Below, in pieces: positions 39,648 through 55,722 of a DNA stretch of 64,000 bases (position 1 is its first letter; each line of letters begins with the position of its first letter). The translations under genes were made by a program, and so were the position numbers. The notes beneath the pieces are model-generated. The model did no database searches. It saw nothing but the letters and a program-made list of their open reading frames with translations, and was not told the DNA's origin. This DNA is from Lingula anatina (Eukaryota; Animalia; Brachiopoda): NCBI GenBank assembly GCA_051362555.1, contig CM120641.1, forward strand, positions 6,634,001 through 6,698,000, given 5' to 3'.

Positions 39648-40970
39648 ATGGATTTCAAGCAGAAAAGAGAATTAATGCTGCTTGAGAAACAGATTGAGAA
39701 AGGAAGGACGAATCTTTTATCTAGAATACAACACGAGGAAGCGAAACTTGAAACTCGATTAATGAATTTAAAACTTCACCATGCTGTTTCGAAGGTGCTT
39801 GTCGATGATGCTTTGAATCCAATAACTCTCGATATTCCCTCTGAACATTTACCTTCCATCGGAAATACAGAGGAAAGAAAACCAGCAATAAGTGACAAGC
39901 TTCGGAAACTACATTTAGGAGTGAGTTCGTCACTTCCAGATTTACGAGCCGATGGCAACCTGTCTGAAGACGAAGCAAACTTGCAAGCGACACCCGCCAA
40001 AAAGAAAAACTCAACAGAGTCTGAATCAGGTTTCATTAAAACATGCTTGTCGCTTGAAAAGATTCCAGCCAACAAAGAAACCAAACAAAAAAGTATGTTG
40101 GAAAGAGAAACCGAGAAATTGTTAGGGAGCAGTTCGTCCGTAAAATCATCTGACCAATCGGATTTTAATGAATTTGATAGCAGAGGTGATATCTTGAAAC
40201 GCAACAGCATGTCCTTGGGGCAACTGAATGTTAAGGAGTGTTGGTTGGGCGATCCAGACGCCATAGGATCTGTAAGGAGAGGAAGACGCACAGAAGACGA
40301 AAGACATCTAAGGAGACTTATAGTTCGTTCCTTGGACGACGTATCTAGAAAAAAGATAGTGGGGAGGAGACTTTACAAAAAAGCTGAAGAAGACGCAGAA
40401 CGTGAAAGGAGAATACAAAGTGCCGCCGCAAAAGAGGCGAAATTAAGAGAAAAACAAAGAAATAGCTTCGTCCCACCGTACCCAGTTTACTTTGCAGACG
40501 CGGGGCTCAAATATAAAGACACATCAACAACATTGCAAAAAACGTCACCAGAAAGCGTGTCAGAGGATTCCGTCTTACCCAGCAGAAGACATTCTTCAAA
40601 AGGGCATCGCATGCGAAAAAACGTTGATGTACCTGAAAAAGCTGCTTCTTTCGAAAATCTTCCAATAAAGTTTGAAGTGAAAACGGAGATTAAGCGAGCC
40701 CTTCAACTGGAACAAGCCAAGAGAGCGAACATGCGTCCATGTTCGTCTCCGGCATTTAAAAGTTCTCATGCTAACCACCCCGAGTTTATCAGAGACGACA
40801 TAAGTGACGGTCAAAATGACGGGAATCAGACCACCTCCACCACATCAGGCGCACCTTTTGTGCATTCTAAACCTCCAACAGGAAGATCTCATATGGCAAC
40901 TAAACCCGCGAGAGTTCGGTCCTCTCCTTTGCCAAAGCTGCTAACAAGAAACCACAGTTTCCATTTATAA
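39648..40970 (+). CDS. Uncharacterised protein of about 440 aa, N-terminal coiled coil plus Ser/Lys/Arg-rich disordered region
   Basis: Long uninterrupted ORF. A pyrimidine-rich acceptor CTCGTTGCAG at 39630 precedes ATG 39648 (ACGATGG context). An additional upstream coding exon is not excluded. Confidence 0.75.
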   Translation: MDFKQKRELMLLEKQIEKGRTNLLSRIQHEEAKLETRLMNLKLHHAVSKVLVDDALNPITLDIPSEHLPSIGNTEERKPAISDKLRKLHLGVSSSLPDLRADGNLSEDEANLQATPAKKKNSTESESGFIKTCLSLEKIPANKETKQKSMLERETEKLLGSSSSVKSSDQSDFNEFDSRGDILKRNSMSLGQLNVKECWLGDPDAIGSVRRGRRTEDERHLRRLIVRSLDDVSRKKIVGRRLYKKAEEDAERERRIQSAAAKEAKLREKQRNSFVPPYPVYFADAGLKYKDTSTTLQKTSPESVSEDSVLPSRRHSSKGHRMRKNVDVPEKAASFENLPIKFEVKTEIKRALQLEQAKRANMRPCSSPAFKSSHANHPEFIRDDISDGQNDGNQTTSTTSGAPFVHSKPPTGRSHMATKPARVRSSPLPKLLTRNHSFHL

Positions 40971-41762
40971 ACATTGTAAGGCCTGGGTTTTTAGAGGTAC
41001 TAGCATTTACATCAACTTGAGCTCAAATAACAGGCTCACAAAAGTTCATTTTTACATTTTATTGCATACAAATGGTCTTGCAAAACTATTTGTTGGACAT
41101 CATATTTTAATAATAATAACAATAATATCAGAGAGCTCTGTTTGCTTTACGTTGCTGCCAAAAATATTATTATTCCGGGTAGTTATCATGGGTTTAACTT
41201 AGCTTGCCAAATGTGTTACTCAAATATTAGATCATTAATCCACAGGCCATTATGTTAATGACCAGATGTTAAAATACAATTATTTTCATAAACACTTCCT
41301 AGATGGATATCAAATGTTCTTGTCATACTGAGGAAAAAAGCAAGTCAATTATGAATTTCAATTTAGTATGTAATGTTTTTTACTAAAATTAGGAACTGCT
41401 AACAATGAGCATTTACTGCTTCAACGTGTCACAGTAAAAAATCAACTCCTTGGAGTTTCTCAACAAAATTGACCTCCGATTCATCTGTCTTAACAAAAGA
41501 GTTATAATTTGTCCTTTCTTGCAATCACATTGCACGATTCCATCCAAATATATATTTATAAATATGTACAAATAAATAAGCATGGTGAAATTGTCCTAGG
41601 AATCCTGAATCAGTCATAAATTTTTCCCAGTTTGGGGTTGATGTAGAAGACTTGATTCCTGCTGTGACTACAGTTATCTCTACATATTTTCAGATTAAGA
41701 AAAAAAAACTATGTTGGAGAAATTTGACATAATTCCACTTAGTCCAATGTTAATATTTTTTA

Positions 41763-44398
<2,636 letters not shown>

Positions 44399-44601
44399 GT
44401 TGGTTTTTAATTCCCAACATGCTTCACTTATTTTTCAGAAATGAACGGGTAAAGGTTGCATGGATGATATCCTAAAAAACATAAGAGCAATATCAATGAA
44501 TATGCAATTATATGTACATTATTAAAGTAGTATTTTGCCAGAAATTGGGGAAAAAAGTACATCTCGTTTGCACGTCAATATCCCAGAGTTCCTAATTCAC
44601 T

Positions 44602-47055
44602 ATGTCGCTGTCAAGTGCACTTTCTGAGGCACATTTCTGTAGTTTACAGTCTCAGAGTAACGTTTATGGGCTAGCCAAATTTTCAACGCCATGCGGAAGA
44701 AACAAGTTACTGGCAGCGTCGCTTCGTGGTCAAATTATATGTATGGAATATCAGACAGTGACCGGGAAATTAAAGCCGTTACCCAGAGAAGTACAGTTCA
44801 CTTACATCCCAGGTTCGTCTGCTAGGAATAAGAATTTACTTTACTGTTCAAATAGTTTTAGATCTACAGTGCACAAACACATATTTTGTTGGAAGGTATT
44901 TGTTTGCGAGTTAATGAAATGTTCGCAACGATACATTTTGAGATGAAAGAAATTTTGAAGAAAGTTTAGCTCAGTCGCACTCTTTCTGAATGCAGTCATT
45001 CAGGTTGTCCTCAAATTATGTGCTCAACTTGGGTTTGGCATTAATTTAACCAACTGAGTCAGTGCAGTACCACTGTTGTTTAATGTCTGAAGCCAAGCAC
45101 ATAGTTGCTCTTGGATATTTTGTTATTCAGGCGATGCAGAAATTGTAGCTATTGATGCCTTCAGTAAAACTGGAAAAGATAAAGGAGTAGTAATTGCCAT
45201 TGCCTTTATCAAATGTGTGAGTATATGATTTTTTCACTTCTTTTCTTTTCAATTTCAATATAATGTAAGCTTATAACCAATCAAATGCCAGCATAATTTA
45301 ACGAATAATAAAGGGGCTGGGTGTTGATTCATTTCCCCCAAAAAAATGATATTTAAACAAATATTGATTTTCTTCTTTCTTTTTGCACTCTAAATATAAC
45401 CTTGGGTAGTTTTTGCCAAGCCTCATTTGAATAATTATGCTATGATGCATGCAGCAATAATGGCCAATTCATTACTATGTCATTTGGCAGGCATTTATGA
45501 ACTGGAGAGATGGTGAGTAGGTCAAATTTACAACCAGAAATTTGCTTCAAATGTAACTTAAATTTAAACCAGTAAATCCTTTTTTATGTGTGTGCGATGA
45601 ATAGCCTTGAGCTACTGGTGTGATGTGGCTAGGACAGACTGATTGTGACTGTGACCAGTATAGGAGTCAAGTTGCAAATTTACATTTTGTAAACTGACGT
45701 GTGACCTATCTTTACAAGACCACATTGTTGATTGATCCAGTTACCTTAAAGCAAACACTGCTAATACTCAAAGTCTAACAAATGTGCACAAATAGACATT
45801 GGAAAATAGAGAAGCTTGAACACATTGAATCTTAAGGTAGTGAAAAATAATGCAGCGCAATACAGTTTTTTTTCTTTTTAATAGAAAATAGTGAATGGTG
45901 TGTTTCAGGATGTTGATGGTAAGCCTATGCAATATCTCAACATTTACTCTGACTGGGAACCAGAAGAAACTTTCAATCTGGATAAAATTGCTCGTGAGTT
46001 TTATAATTAAAACAGAATTTTAGTGAAAAGGATGCTGTGAAATATTGAGGATTATAAATAAACAGTTTGGATGAGTTACAAGATGTTTATAGATATGTTA
46101 AGTGAAGTTTTTATGTACTCTGTTCATAATTTCTAAGAATTTATTGAAAGTTGGGTTTGGGAACCAGGGAGGCTCAATATTGTGTATGCATGAAATTAAT
46201 TCATTATTTCATTTGTTTTGGAGAATACATAAGAATTGTGTATTGTATGATAATTCTTTTCCAGAGAGCTGTCAGAATGTAGAATTACAATTTTTGCCTT
46301 TCCATTTATGCCACACAGAGTGAGTATTCTCATTGAATAGATATTATTTTTAAATATTGTTAGTGCTTGCCGTATGAAATCTTACAAGTCAACAGCATAT
46401 AGATTTTGTGTAGACCCCACAATTTTTTAAATATTTAATTTGATGGATTCATTTTGTCTTCTCTAAACCTATTTTTGGGGTTTTTTGTCTTCTCCAAACC
46501 TATTTTTGAGCCCTTTCTGCTGTAGTTTGTGTATTGCAGTATTAAGTATATTTTCTGTTACATGTATGCTCTTCTAATATTATTTTTAGCTACATAAACC
46601 CAGATGGAAGAAGAGAGACTGTTTTCTTACTAAGTGGCAATGATAACCATGTACATTTGTTCAGAGAAGTAAGAAGATTTGATAAGAATAAAAGATAAAA
46701 CAATGAATAGACATGGAGTGGTGGAAAAATAAAAATTAACTTCAATTTGCATCATTTCCATCAGTATCACTGAAAATTTTGCTGTTTCTGCAGTTCACTT
46801 TAAAAAAAGTCAGTTAACATGCATGTATTTGTGTCATTGGCATGCTTTTTTTTTAATTTTCTTTTTTAATTTGGAAAGTAAAGTATAGATAATGGTTACT
46901 GCATATTTTTATCTTTTATAGCTCAAGAACTCTGACACATTCTATCAGCAACCTACAAATGAAACATTTCCAGAATTTATGAACATAAATAGCAGGTATG
47001 GTTTTTTAAATTTTTTTATCAGGAAGATAACATATGCACAATGAAGTGATTTAAG

Positions 47056-47107
<52 letters not shown>

Positions 47108-50100
47108 TTGTATAGTTTTTCACGAAAAATGTGTGCTGTCAGCATGTGGTATGCAGTAACTAACTAAAAGAAATATTTTGACATGTTTACATGCTCGTAT
47201 GTTTTCTCATCAGAATTGTATTGGATATAGGTAGTGATATATCGCCTTTCAGTGTGATGTGGATAGATATACAACATTTTGAGAGTGGACACAAAAGAAT
47301 AACAGGGTTTTGCTGTCAGAATGGCTATGTTCAAGTGGTAACTGTTAAAACAATGACTAAAGGTATATATAAGGGGTCATTACTGAGCATGGTGTAAAAA
47401 AAATATACAAGTAATGTATGTATAAATACTATGCTAAAATGTATTGATCATGTTTGTATGTGTGCTCTATATATTATATATACTTGTGCTATATGTATAA
47501 ATATCTTGTAAATTCACAAGAAGTTAAATGCCCCTTGATATACAATAAAATCATTAAATTAAATGCCAAGTCTCTTAATATAGAATGAAATCAAATATTT
47601 TTATGATGAGGAATGAATCTTTGATTTGTTCCTTTTCCAGAGATCCTTTCATGTTGGTCTGCACAGCATGATGGTTTGACCACATCACTACATTTATTCT
47701 CTGCAGATACAAGTGTGGAATGTCCTTCATTTGTCCGCACAGGTGGGTTTAAGGTACTGACTAAAATCAGACTGAAGGGAGGCTCTTATATTTATATACA
47801 CAGGTTTTATAAATCTATTTCTGGACCTACATGTAAAGTGTTTTCAATCCCAGTTTTTATAAATTTATTTCTGGAAATAGAGTCAGTTTTATTAATAAAC
47901 AAATTAACTACAGTCAGTAAAATTTGTAAATGAATTATGTACATAGAAAAACGAAAAAACTAAACTTTGAAGGAGCAAGGTATGTGTATTTAAAGATGTA
48001 CTTTATGTCAAGTTTGTAAGCCAATATTAAATCTGTGTTAATATATGATTGAGTATGTTGCATATAAGTGTTTTCTCACCAAGACTAAAATGCATGATTA
48101 TGACTTTGCATCTATTTTTAGAAAATGAAGGGGAAGAAGTGAAAAAGAAACCAAATTTCAACTTAGTAGTAACCAGTGCCTTAGAATTAACTGTGAACTA
48201 CAGGTAAAATAGTAATTGAACGCTTGAAAATAACTTTAAGTATGTATTTTACCATTACATTGAACAGATCATAACCTTCTAAACACAGCAATATTTTAAA
48301 AGAGAACAACCTCGTACAGTACATGGAAAATTCATGTTTGTTTCCCTTTAAGGATCTAGATTTTGCTATTTGTGAAGGCAAATAATTTTGCTTTTAAAAC
48401 TGTATAATATTGTTAAAAAAGGAAAAACAACAGGTAATTTTACTGAAATATGTTTTTTGACAAACAAAACATGAGCAGAGTTACAGAATTTTTCTTTTAC
48501 GCTCAGATACCAATGAAGCATTATAACTAACATTTTTTCTGTCAGTATTAAAAGTTTAAAAAAATGTATATGACAGGGTATCCTGCTTCTTTACACAGAG
48601 CAAAATTGAATTCATTAAAGGACAATGTTCATGTAAAAATCCATTTCTCGAATTTTGAAGATACAGCACTCAATCTATACACTAGAGGTATGTTTTAATC
48701 GATCCCCGCCATTTAAAAATTATAAAAACAATCTATTAGTAGAAAAAAAAGCGTTTTAGTAAACCTCACCTCAATATGCAAAAATGAAGCAACAGATCTG
48801 GGTCACGTGGTACTGTGACGACAATCACGAAAAAGGTCTATGAGACTCAACTGAGCTGCATGGTGCATACTATACAGACGTAGAAGTTAAGGAAAGTTGT
48901 GTTGAACGGAGTTGAGGAATTTTCGTTATGCTTCGGTGTGTTGCCGTGGGATTCACCAAAATTGCAGCTCTCTTTGACAATCTTTCTTTGTCTGTGACGG
49001 TCTTCCGTGACTTACTAACTTCGGTGACAATAGTTGCGATGCTCTAGATCATGGTCACCTCAGGTGGTTTAGATCATATCAAGAGCTGGTAGTCTTTCAG
49101 ATTAACTGTCATCAGTTGGCAAACTTACTGATTGCTGATGCATTTTAAATGCTTTGTAGTTGACCAAAAGCTCGTTTACAACAAACCTGTTAATTATGCA
49201 CCGCTGCAATTCCCAAGCCAGGTAATAACAGGTATGAAACTCGTCTTAGTGGGCTTTCATATTTTTCAATATATCTCATTTATTTCATGGGGTTATTTTA
49301 TTGGTATTTGTAAATGACGTTAAATATCAATACTTAAACAATTAAGTTCAAACACGGTCGCAAACATAAATAAAAGAAATTGCTCTCAGGGTATCTTGAA
49401 GCTTCCGTGGAAGAAAACATGTTGAGGAAAAACAGGAAAAAGAGCGTTACATTAAAGAAAAAATGGGAACTGCTATAATAAAATGGTTCGTTATCCTAAT
49501 TCGTTTATGCTTTGAGGATTTGTTTCTGAAGATTATTTCATCTGATATTAAATAATTTAAAAGATTGATTATTTTATAACTTGAAACGCAAATTCTGCGT
49601 CAGTACGCAATTTTTTTTTGCAAATTTGTAAGCTTATAACACCGTGCTATAAAGCATCTACTCAAGAAAAAAATTTGCTTGGGTAAAATTGAGTACGGAA
49701 TGAACTGGAGACACTTGGCTTGTCATTAAGTTTACACGAAAATATGTCAGGTAACTTTATACTGTCTTTGAAAGAGTAAAGATTGAAAGATAATTTTAGA
49801 CAAACTTTGACGGGGGAAATACCTACAAAGAGTAATGGGCTACTTCGCCAACATCTTGTTGAAAATTTTACACTGCAATTCTATTCAAATAAGCTAAGGA
49901 ACTAATTGCCAAATTAATACTCTCATCACATAACAGGGGGGTAACCAGACCTGCAAAAATTGTACGCACATATTTAAAAAGATTACAAGCACATACAGCA
50001 AAATGTAGACTTACGCAAAACATGAAGGACAGCGTAATCACAGCAAATGTACCTCATATAGTAGCTTAATTTCCATTAATAATAAAATCATCATTTAAGT

Positions 50101-52431
50101 CAAAAATATTCTTGATATTTAATAACTATTTTAATTTACCCAGAACGGTATATTTATTTTAAAGGCGGTTAACTGAAATATAGTTTTATGATTTGTTTGT
50201 GAAAATTGCCCATGTCACCCTGTTAGTTTGGAGGTCTAAGCTGGATTAAGTCCGTGTTAAAATTCCTATGAAGTTGTGCAGGAAAAATTCTTCCTTTCTT
50301 TCTCTAGCTCCTCGATAAACCTGGTGTTCAGATTTTATCTAGTACCCCCAGGTCTACGGGAGCTGCGCTTTGTAACTAACGCACAGGTAGATTTTTACCT
50401 GAGATAACTGGAGTAAAGCTTAGATAGAGAGTGCGTTCGATACAAGCAAGACATTTAACCCTCTAATTAAGAGGTAAAGGAAGTTCCAGGTAGATGGATG
50501 ATTAAGATAGGACTTGTAAAGGTAACAGGCATTGTTTACCTCAGTTTAATAAAAGTATGCAAGACGGAGTGTCAGCGGTTTAATAAAATAAATTGAATTT
50601 CACAAATAACATGGACCTCATATGCAATAATCAACATTTCCCTTAACTCATTCAAATGCAGTGTTTTATACAACTTGGGATAACCATAATGAAATGCTTG
50701 TAAAAGAAATGACTAGATGGGAAATGGTTTTACACAGCTTCACGAGGATTTAGACCCCTCGGGTAAGAGATTTGAATGAGTATAAACTTTTATCAGAAGC
50801 CAGAGAAGTCATCTTACAGGTGGACAATGCAGCTCAGTTTGACAGCTAAGCACGCTCTGTTCTCCAGTGGCTCGATTGTCGTCATTGGACCACGTGACCA
50901 CATAGCTCATTAACTCCCAGGCCGAGCAAATAGGACGTTTTTTAAAGCCAAAAATTTACAAAATGAGCTTTTAATTTGTGTATTTGGATAAAGATATCGT
51001 TAGTTGGGCATGTTTTCTGAAGAATATGTTCCGTTCAGGCCATTCTGAGTGTAATCCCAGATCTAGCCCTATAATGATGAAAATAACATTAATTTGCATT
51101 ATCTTAACTTGTGGTAGGAATGTATTAGAGAGAGGTTTGGTTGATGTGAAGCACCTCCCGGATAGTGAGAGATATGACAGCGTACTGTGCTCCTGTGTAA
51201 CAGATATTGACTTTGATGGAGAAAATGAAATTTTACTTGGAACATATGGTCAGGTCAGTGCATGGGTCAGACCCATTTTTTGGCAAGACAATGCAGTTTA
51301 TTTTAGTAAATCAATATTAATCACTAAATGGTTGTCTGGTGTCTGAAATATACATAATATTATTAAAATGTATAATTTTTTCAGATTTCTGTGGCAGTAG
51401 CAAAGCAAAATTGAATTGTTTGCGTGTTATACAGTTACTGCATTAATATGCCAACTACTAGTACTGAGAAAAGTTCAGAGTAAAATTTTTAATTACTTCT
51501 AAATTGAATTCATGAGAGGAAATAATGTAAAACATAAAGATAAAAAGACAGATTTTTAAATCCATGTGCCTATAGTCTATAATAGAATAAGGATGCCACT
51601 GTCAAAAAATGCTACAGTGCATGTATTGTTTTCATGAAAAAGGCATGGAATTCTTTTAAATGAAATATTTTTGGCATTAACATGAAATTTAACATTGGTA
51701 GGAGTTACTGATCTACAAATTCTTCCCAACACAAACCTCAGAGACACAGCCCTCCGTTGAGTCAGCAGGTTCACCAAGAACTTCACCTAGAGAGATATTC
51801 AATGATGGACAGTTTAAGATGATCAGCAGACGCAGCTACTCCTCCCCTATTCTGGCTCTGGACTACATTGACATCACTGGTGATGGTCTTTATGAAATTG
51901 CAGTGTTGACTATGAAAGGCTTGCATATACTTCAGGTAAATACATATTTGATACAGCATGGAGATGGAAAGTCACAAAATCATTATTTTATTCTTTATAA
52001 TTCCAGCCAAATAAGTGGATGGTTTTTTATGTGGATAGTGGTTTTTGTTGTGAATTAAAAAAAAATTAACTCCTGCTGGGATCAAAGTACATTTGCTTTG
52101 GATTCTGTACTTTTTAGGGTCACAAAACCACTGATGCATCTCCTATGTAGCTGAATTACCTTTATTCATGAAAAGTCTTTACTCACACTCATAGCCAATA
52201 TTTTTCATTTTACTATTTGGGGTACTAGATAACCATAATGATATAAAGTTTACAATATTTGACTTTGACTACCAGTATCTACAAATTAATAGAAATATTT
52301 GATTGGCTTTCCAGCACAGTCTCCATACAGTAGCCTTGCTGTGCCAGGAGAGACTGAAATGTGCTACATCCTTAGGCACAAGACAAGATGCCTTTGATGA
52401 ACTTATGACAGAAAACCTGGATACTAGTTAG
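44602..52431 (+). CDS. KPTN: Kaptin, KICSTOR complex subunit, about 456 aa
   Basis: Twelve GT-AG exons in frame: 44602-44812, 45131-45216, 45909-45993, 46265-46319, 46590-46668, 46922-46995, 47253-47362, 47641-47742, 48122-48203, 51118-51253, 51702-51935, 52315-52431. Motifs SQSNVYGL, EVQFTYIPGDAEIVAIDAF, DSVLC..DIDFDGENEILLGTYGQELLIYK and [24 protein letters not shown]. Confidence 0.93.
47059..47104. repeat. (TA)n microsatellite in KPTN intron
   Basis: Direct reading. Confidence 0.95.
48619..51070. mobile_element. Probable non-autonomous TTAA-targeting DNA transposon (Kolobok-like) in KPTN intron 9
   Basis: Begins TTAA|AGG and ends CCT|ATAA. The inverted subterminal motif GGTCACGTGG-N5-TGACGACAATC occurs at 48801-48826 and 50874-50899, each 170-180 bp from the ends. 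The block is richer in CpG than flanking introns. Confidence 0.5.
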
Positions 52432-53158
52432 CATTTTATCCACGGATGTATCAGACATGATCAATCTCATGCAGGCATGAGCTGTTTCTGTTTGTGCCTT
52501 TTTAATATTCAGTTTTTATCAAGGGTTTAGTCAGTGAGACGTCCAACCATCATTTGGCTGACCTGTTCAAGCAGAGAACAGTCTGTGTTATGGCTCGGAT
52601 GTCTTTTTAAAAATTCTCAACAAGCCAGGCTTGACCTAATCTTTACAGCTGTCTATGGACCCTAATTAAGATTCAAAATGAGGCCATTGTGTATGTGTAG
52701 ATGAAGGCTAAGGATTCCACTGCAAAATATTAAAGATGAAACCGGCATGGGAGGGGGCTGCATATATCTAGCAATACTGGTTAAATGCTTTCATGTAAAT
52801 GCCACCTTTCATATAGAAATGAACTATGTGCACGTTAATATGTGTATTTAATGTGCGCCACTGATATATAATTTATGAAATAATTACATAATAAGGTATC
52901 AAACAGTTAATTCCTGTAGTATTTTTGTACTTCTTTCCAACAAAACAAGGTTAAATAAGTTCAGAGTAATAAATTATTGAGAAAATATATCGCAAATAAA
53001 TATCCATACAAGGAACATGTGCATTGATAGGTAACATGTTACAAGGCCAGTAAAGTTATAACATATGCACTGAATGGTGTGGACGTGTTCATTCTCAAAA
53101 ACGTCAGTCCAGAAATGCAGACAGCATAGGCAACACTGTCCTCTCTCAATTGCATTCA

Positions 53159-54788
53159 AAACTAGAGGATCAGAGAGGCGATACCGCCTCCGAATATTGT
53201 ACCACCAGCTGGAGTAAGCGCATTCGTATAGACCCCCACATACACAAAATAAGGGACACAGCCACCATGCCTGTGCTTGACAAGCTGTAAAAATGCAATC
53301 AACAAGAATTTTCAAAATATGCAATAAAATATATATAACTAAAAATGGTACAATCAAAGTTTAGTTCATCGCAAGGTAGGTCAAAGGTCAATTTCAAGGT
53401 CACAGTAAATTGCCAGTATATGACTTCCTATTCAACTACAATAGTAACTATGGACCTATCTCTGCCAGGTTTGGAGTTAAAAGAGAAAGAAATCAGCAGG
53501 GTTCAGTTCATGGTGAAAAGTAGGTCAAAGGTCAATTTCAAGGTCACATTTAGATTGCCAGTATATGACTTCCTATTCAAGTTCAATAGAAACTATGGAC
53601 CTATCTCTGCCAGTTTTGGAGATAAAAGGGAAGCAAAATTTGCAAAGTTCAATTCATGGTGAAAAGTAGGTCAAAGGTCAATTTCAAAGTCACATTTAGA
53701 TTGCCAGTATATGACTTCCTTTTCAAGTTCAATATTAACTATGGACCTATCTCTGCCAGTTTTGGAGATATAAGGGACTAAATGTTATAATTTTGGAGTT
53801 ACCATAATGTGCCATAAATTTCCTACAGAAAAAATTAATTAAAATAAAGAAAAGGTCATTTTGGTCAAAATTCTTGAAATGGGAGGTGCTCTGAAGTTCC
53901 AGATGTTCAAATTTGATGAAATAATGTCATTTTTGACCACAAGTTGTCTGCTTTGCCAAGCCTTATGTTTTATTTTTCTAGAGTTCAAAATTTATTATCC
54001 ATTACCGTACTGCACATTTTGCTTTCACCACCAATATGTACTTTTTGATACAACGTAACTCGAAAACCGTATGGAATACAAAAAAACGGAGACCACTTCC
54101 AGTGTTGGGCTTTACATGCTCTACAAAATGCAAAAAAGAATGGGTCTCTAGCACTAACGGTTCCCGAATTAGAGACAGTTTTCAGTTTCGGTATCTTATG
54201 GCCGCTTCTCCCGTGAAAATGCACCGACTGACCCCAAATTCACAGAGATGAAAGATGACCCAAAGGGTAACACTTTCCAGTAATATTATTGGTTAAGTCT
54301 GTGTAGTGTCTGAATAACAGCGCAAAAAAAATTTTTTTCGTAAAAAATTTCATTTTTTTGAAAATTTTGGCCCGTTTGACCTTGAAATAAAGGTCAAAGG
54401 TCAAATCCAAGGGCATATTTGAAATCTACACATATGACTTTTGGAAAGCCGTCTGTACAAATTTTTCCCATAATTCCTTCCGTAGGGTAGATAATTAGCA
54501 TTTAATTTTGCCATTTTTGGACAAGGGTGCATTGCAATGAGTGCCACACCTAGACCCCAATACCGACAAAGCCCAAATTTTACGTGGAACGAGTTGAGAT
54601 TATAGATGACCTAAATCCAAGAGATGGGTACGCAGGCCCTAGTAGTCTAGGAGGAGAAGCGGTAACGGTGACTTGGCGGCGGAGCCGCAGGGGCCGGCGG
54701 AGCCGCAGGAGCCGGCGGAGCCGGCGGAACATACGGGTCGGGACTAAAACCATGTGTACCGCCAGCGCCTACGCTGGTGGTACAATAA
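53159..54788 (-). mobile_element. HINE copy B (no nested insert; about 2.8 copies of the 146-bp unit)
   Basis: Colinear with 6636-8215 plus 10760-11073, with the same termini, subTIRs, hairpins and minisatellite. Confidence 0.85.
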
Positions 54789-54872
54789 AAAGAATACCTA
54801 TCCTTGTTGTATGCAAGCTATCAGGATAACAACTTTAAACGACAAATGAACAATTAAATAAACAAACAAATC

Positions 54873-55722
54873 CAATTAAATAACTCCTGTCATGCACTGA
54901 AGTTCACTCTCCTGATGTTCAGATCCTGTCTCCTCAGCTGGTCACAAAGATATAAGAATATTATTTCGCTGCTTCTACCTTGTGTGCCATCTAGCTGCCT
55001 TTTTGTACCTGTCACCTGTTGTTGTTGTTTTTATTTTATTTTATTTTATTTTTTTTTCTTTTTTTTTTTTGATAATCAAGATTTACTTGCACCCAATCAT
55101 TCAGTGTGGCTTGGTGGGAAAATGCCAGATCAATTTCCTAAATGCAAATTAACAAAAAAAAAAGGTAACAATAGTTATTTTTATTCATATTGTAACTTGA
55201 AATACAGTAGGAAAACACAGAATTTAACATTTTTCAAATTCATTTCATTAAGTTATATGTCAATTAAATGATACCTGAGCTAGAATATATACTTACAAAA
55301 CAGATTTACTCTTAACACTACACCAAATCTAAAATCAAGCCACTAACTTCCAAATACACATGACACAGGTAATTGATTTAATTGGCCCAACTGAGCTGTG
55401 TTCAAATGTACATTGTACTGTAGCCTTGACACTAATTGACAATAATGCTAACCAGGTATTTAAGAGGTAGATGACAGCAGATAAAATCCGAAGAGCACCA
55501 TAACTGATAACAAATTACACCCAAGGCAATGAAGTGAGTCTTCATAATGAAAGTCGAAACCTTGCCTGGGTATTTCCACACGTTTTTACGTTTAATATCA
55601 AAGAAAACACAGAAATAAAATACTAATTTGTACATGTAGACATGACCATGCGCAGCAGACAATTCCGGTCTCCCTCCAGTATGGCTGCCGTTTGTTTTGA
55701 TGACGAGGGCTACAATGGGTTA
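54873..55722 (-). mobile_element. Truncated second copy of the ISL2EU-like insert (right end only)
   Basis: Homologous to 9622-10757 with an internal deletion. It ends AATGGGTTA followed by AT (55723-55724). Confidence 0.75.

Noticed and set aside
54584-54829. Arg-rich protamine-like ORF (RRSRRGRRSRRS)
   Set aside because: It is the translation of the HINE 9-bp GC-rich minisatellite, with a GTG start and no gene context.
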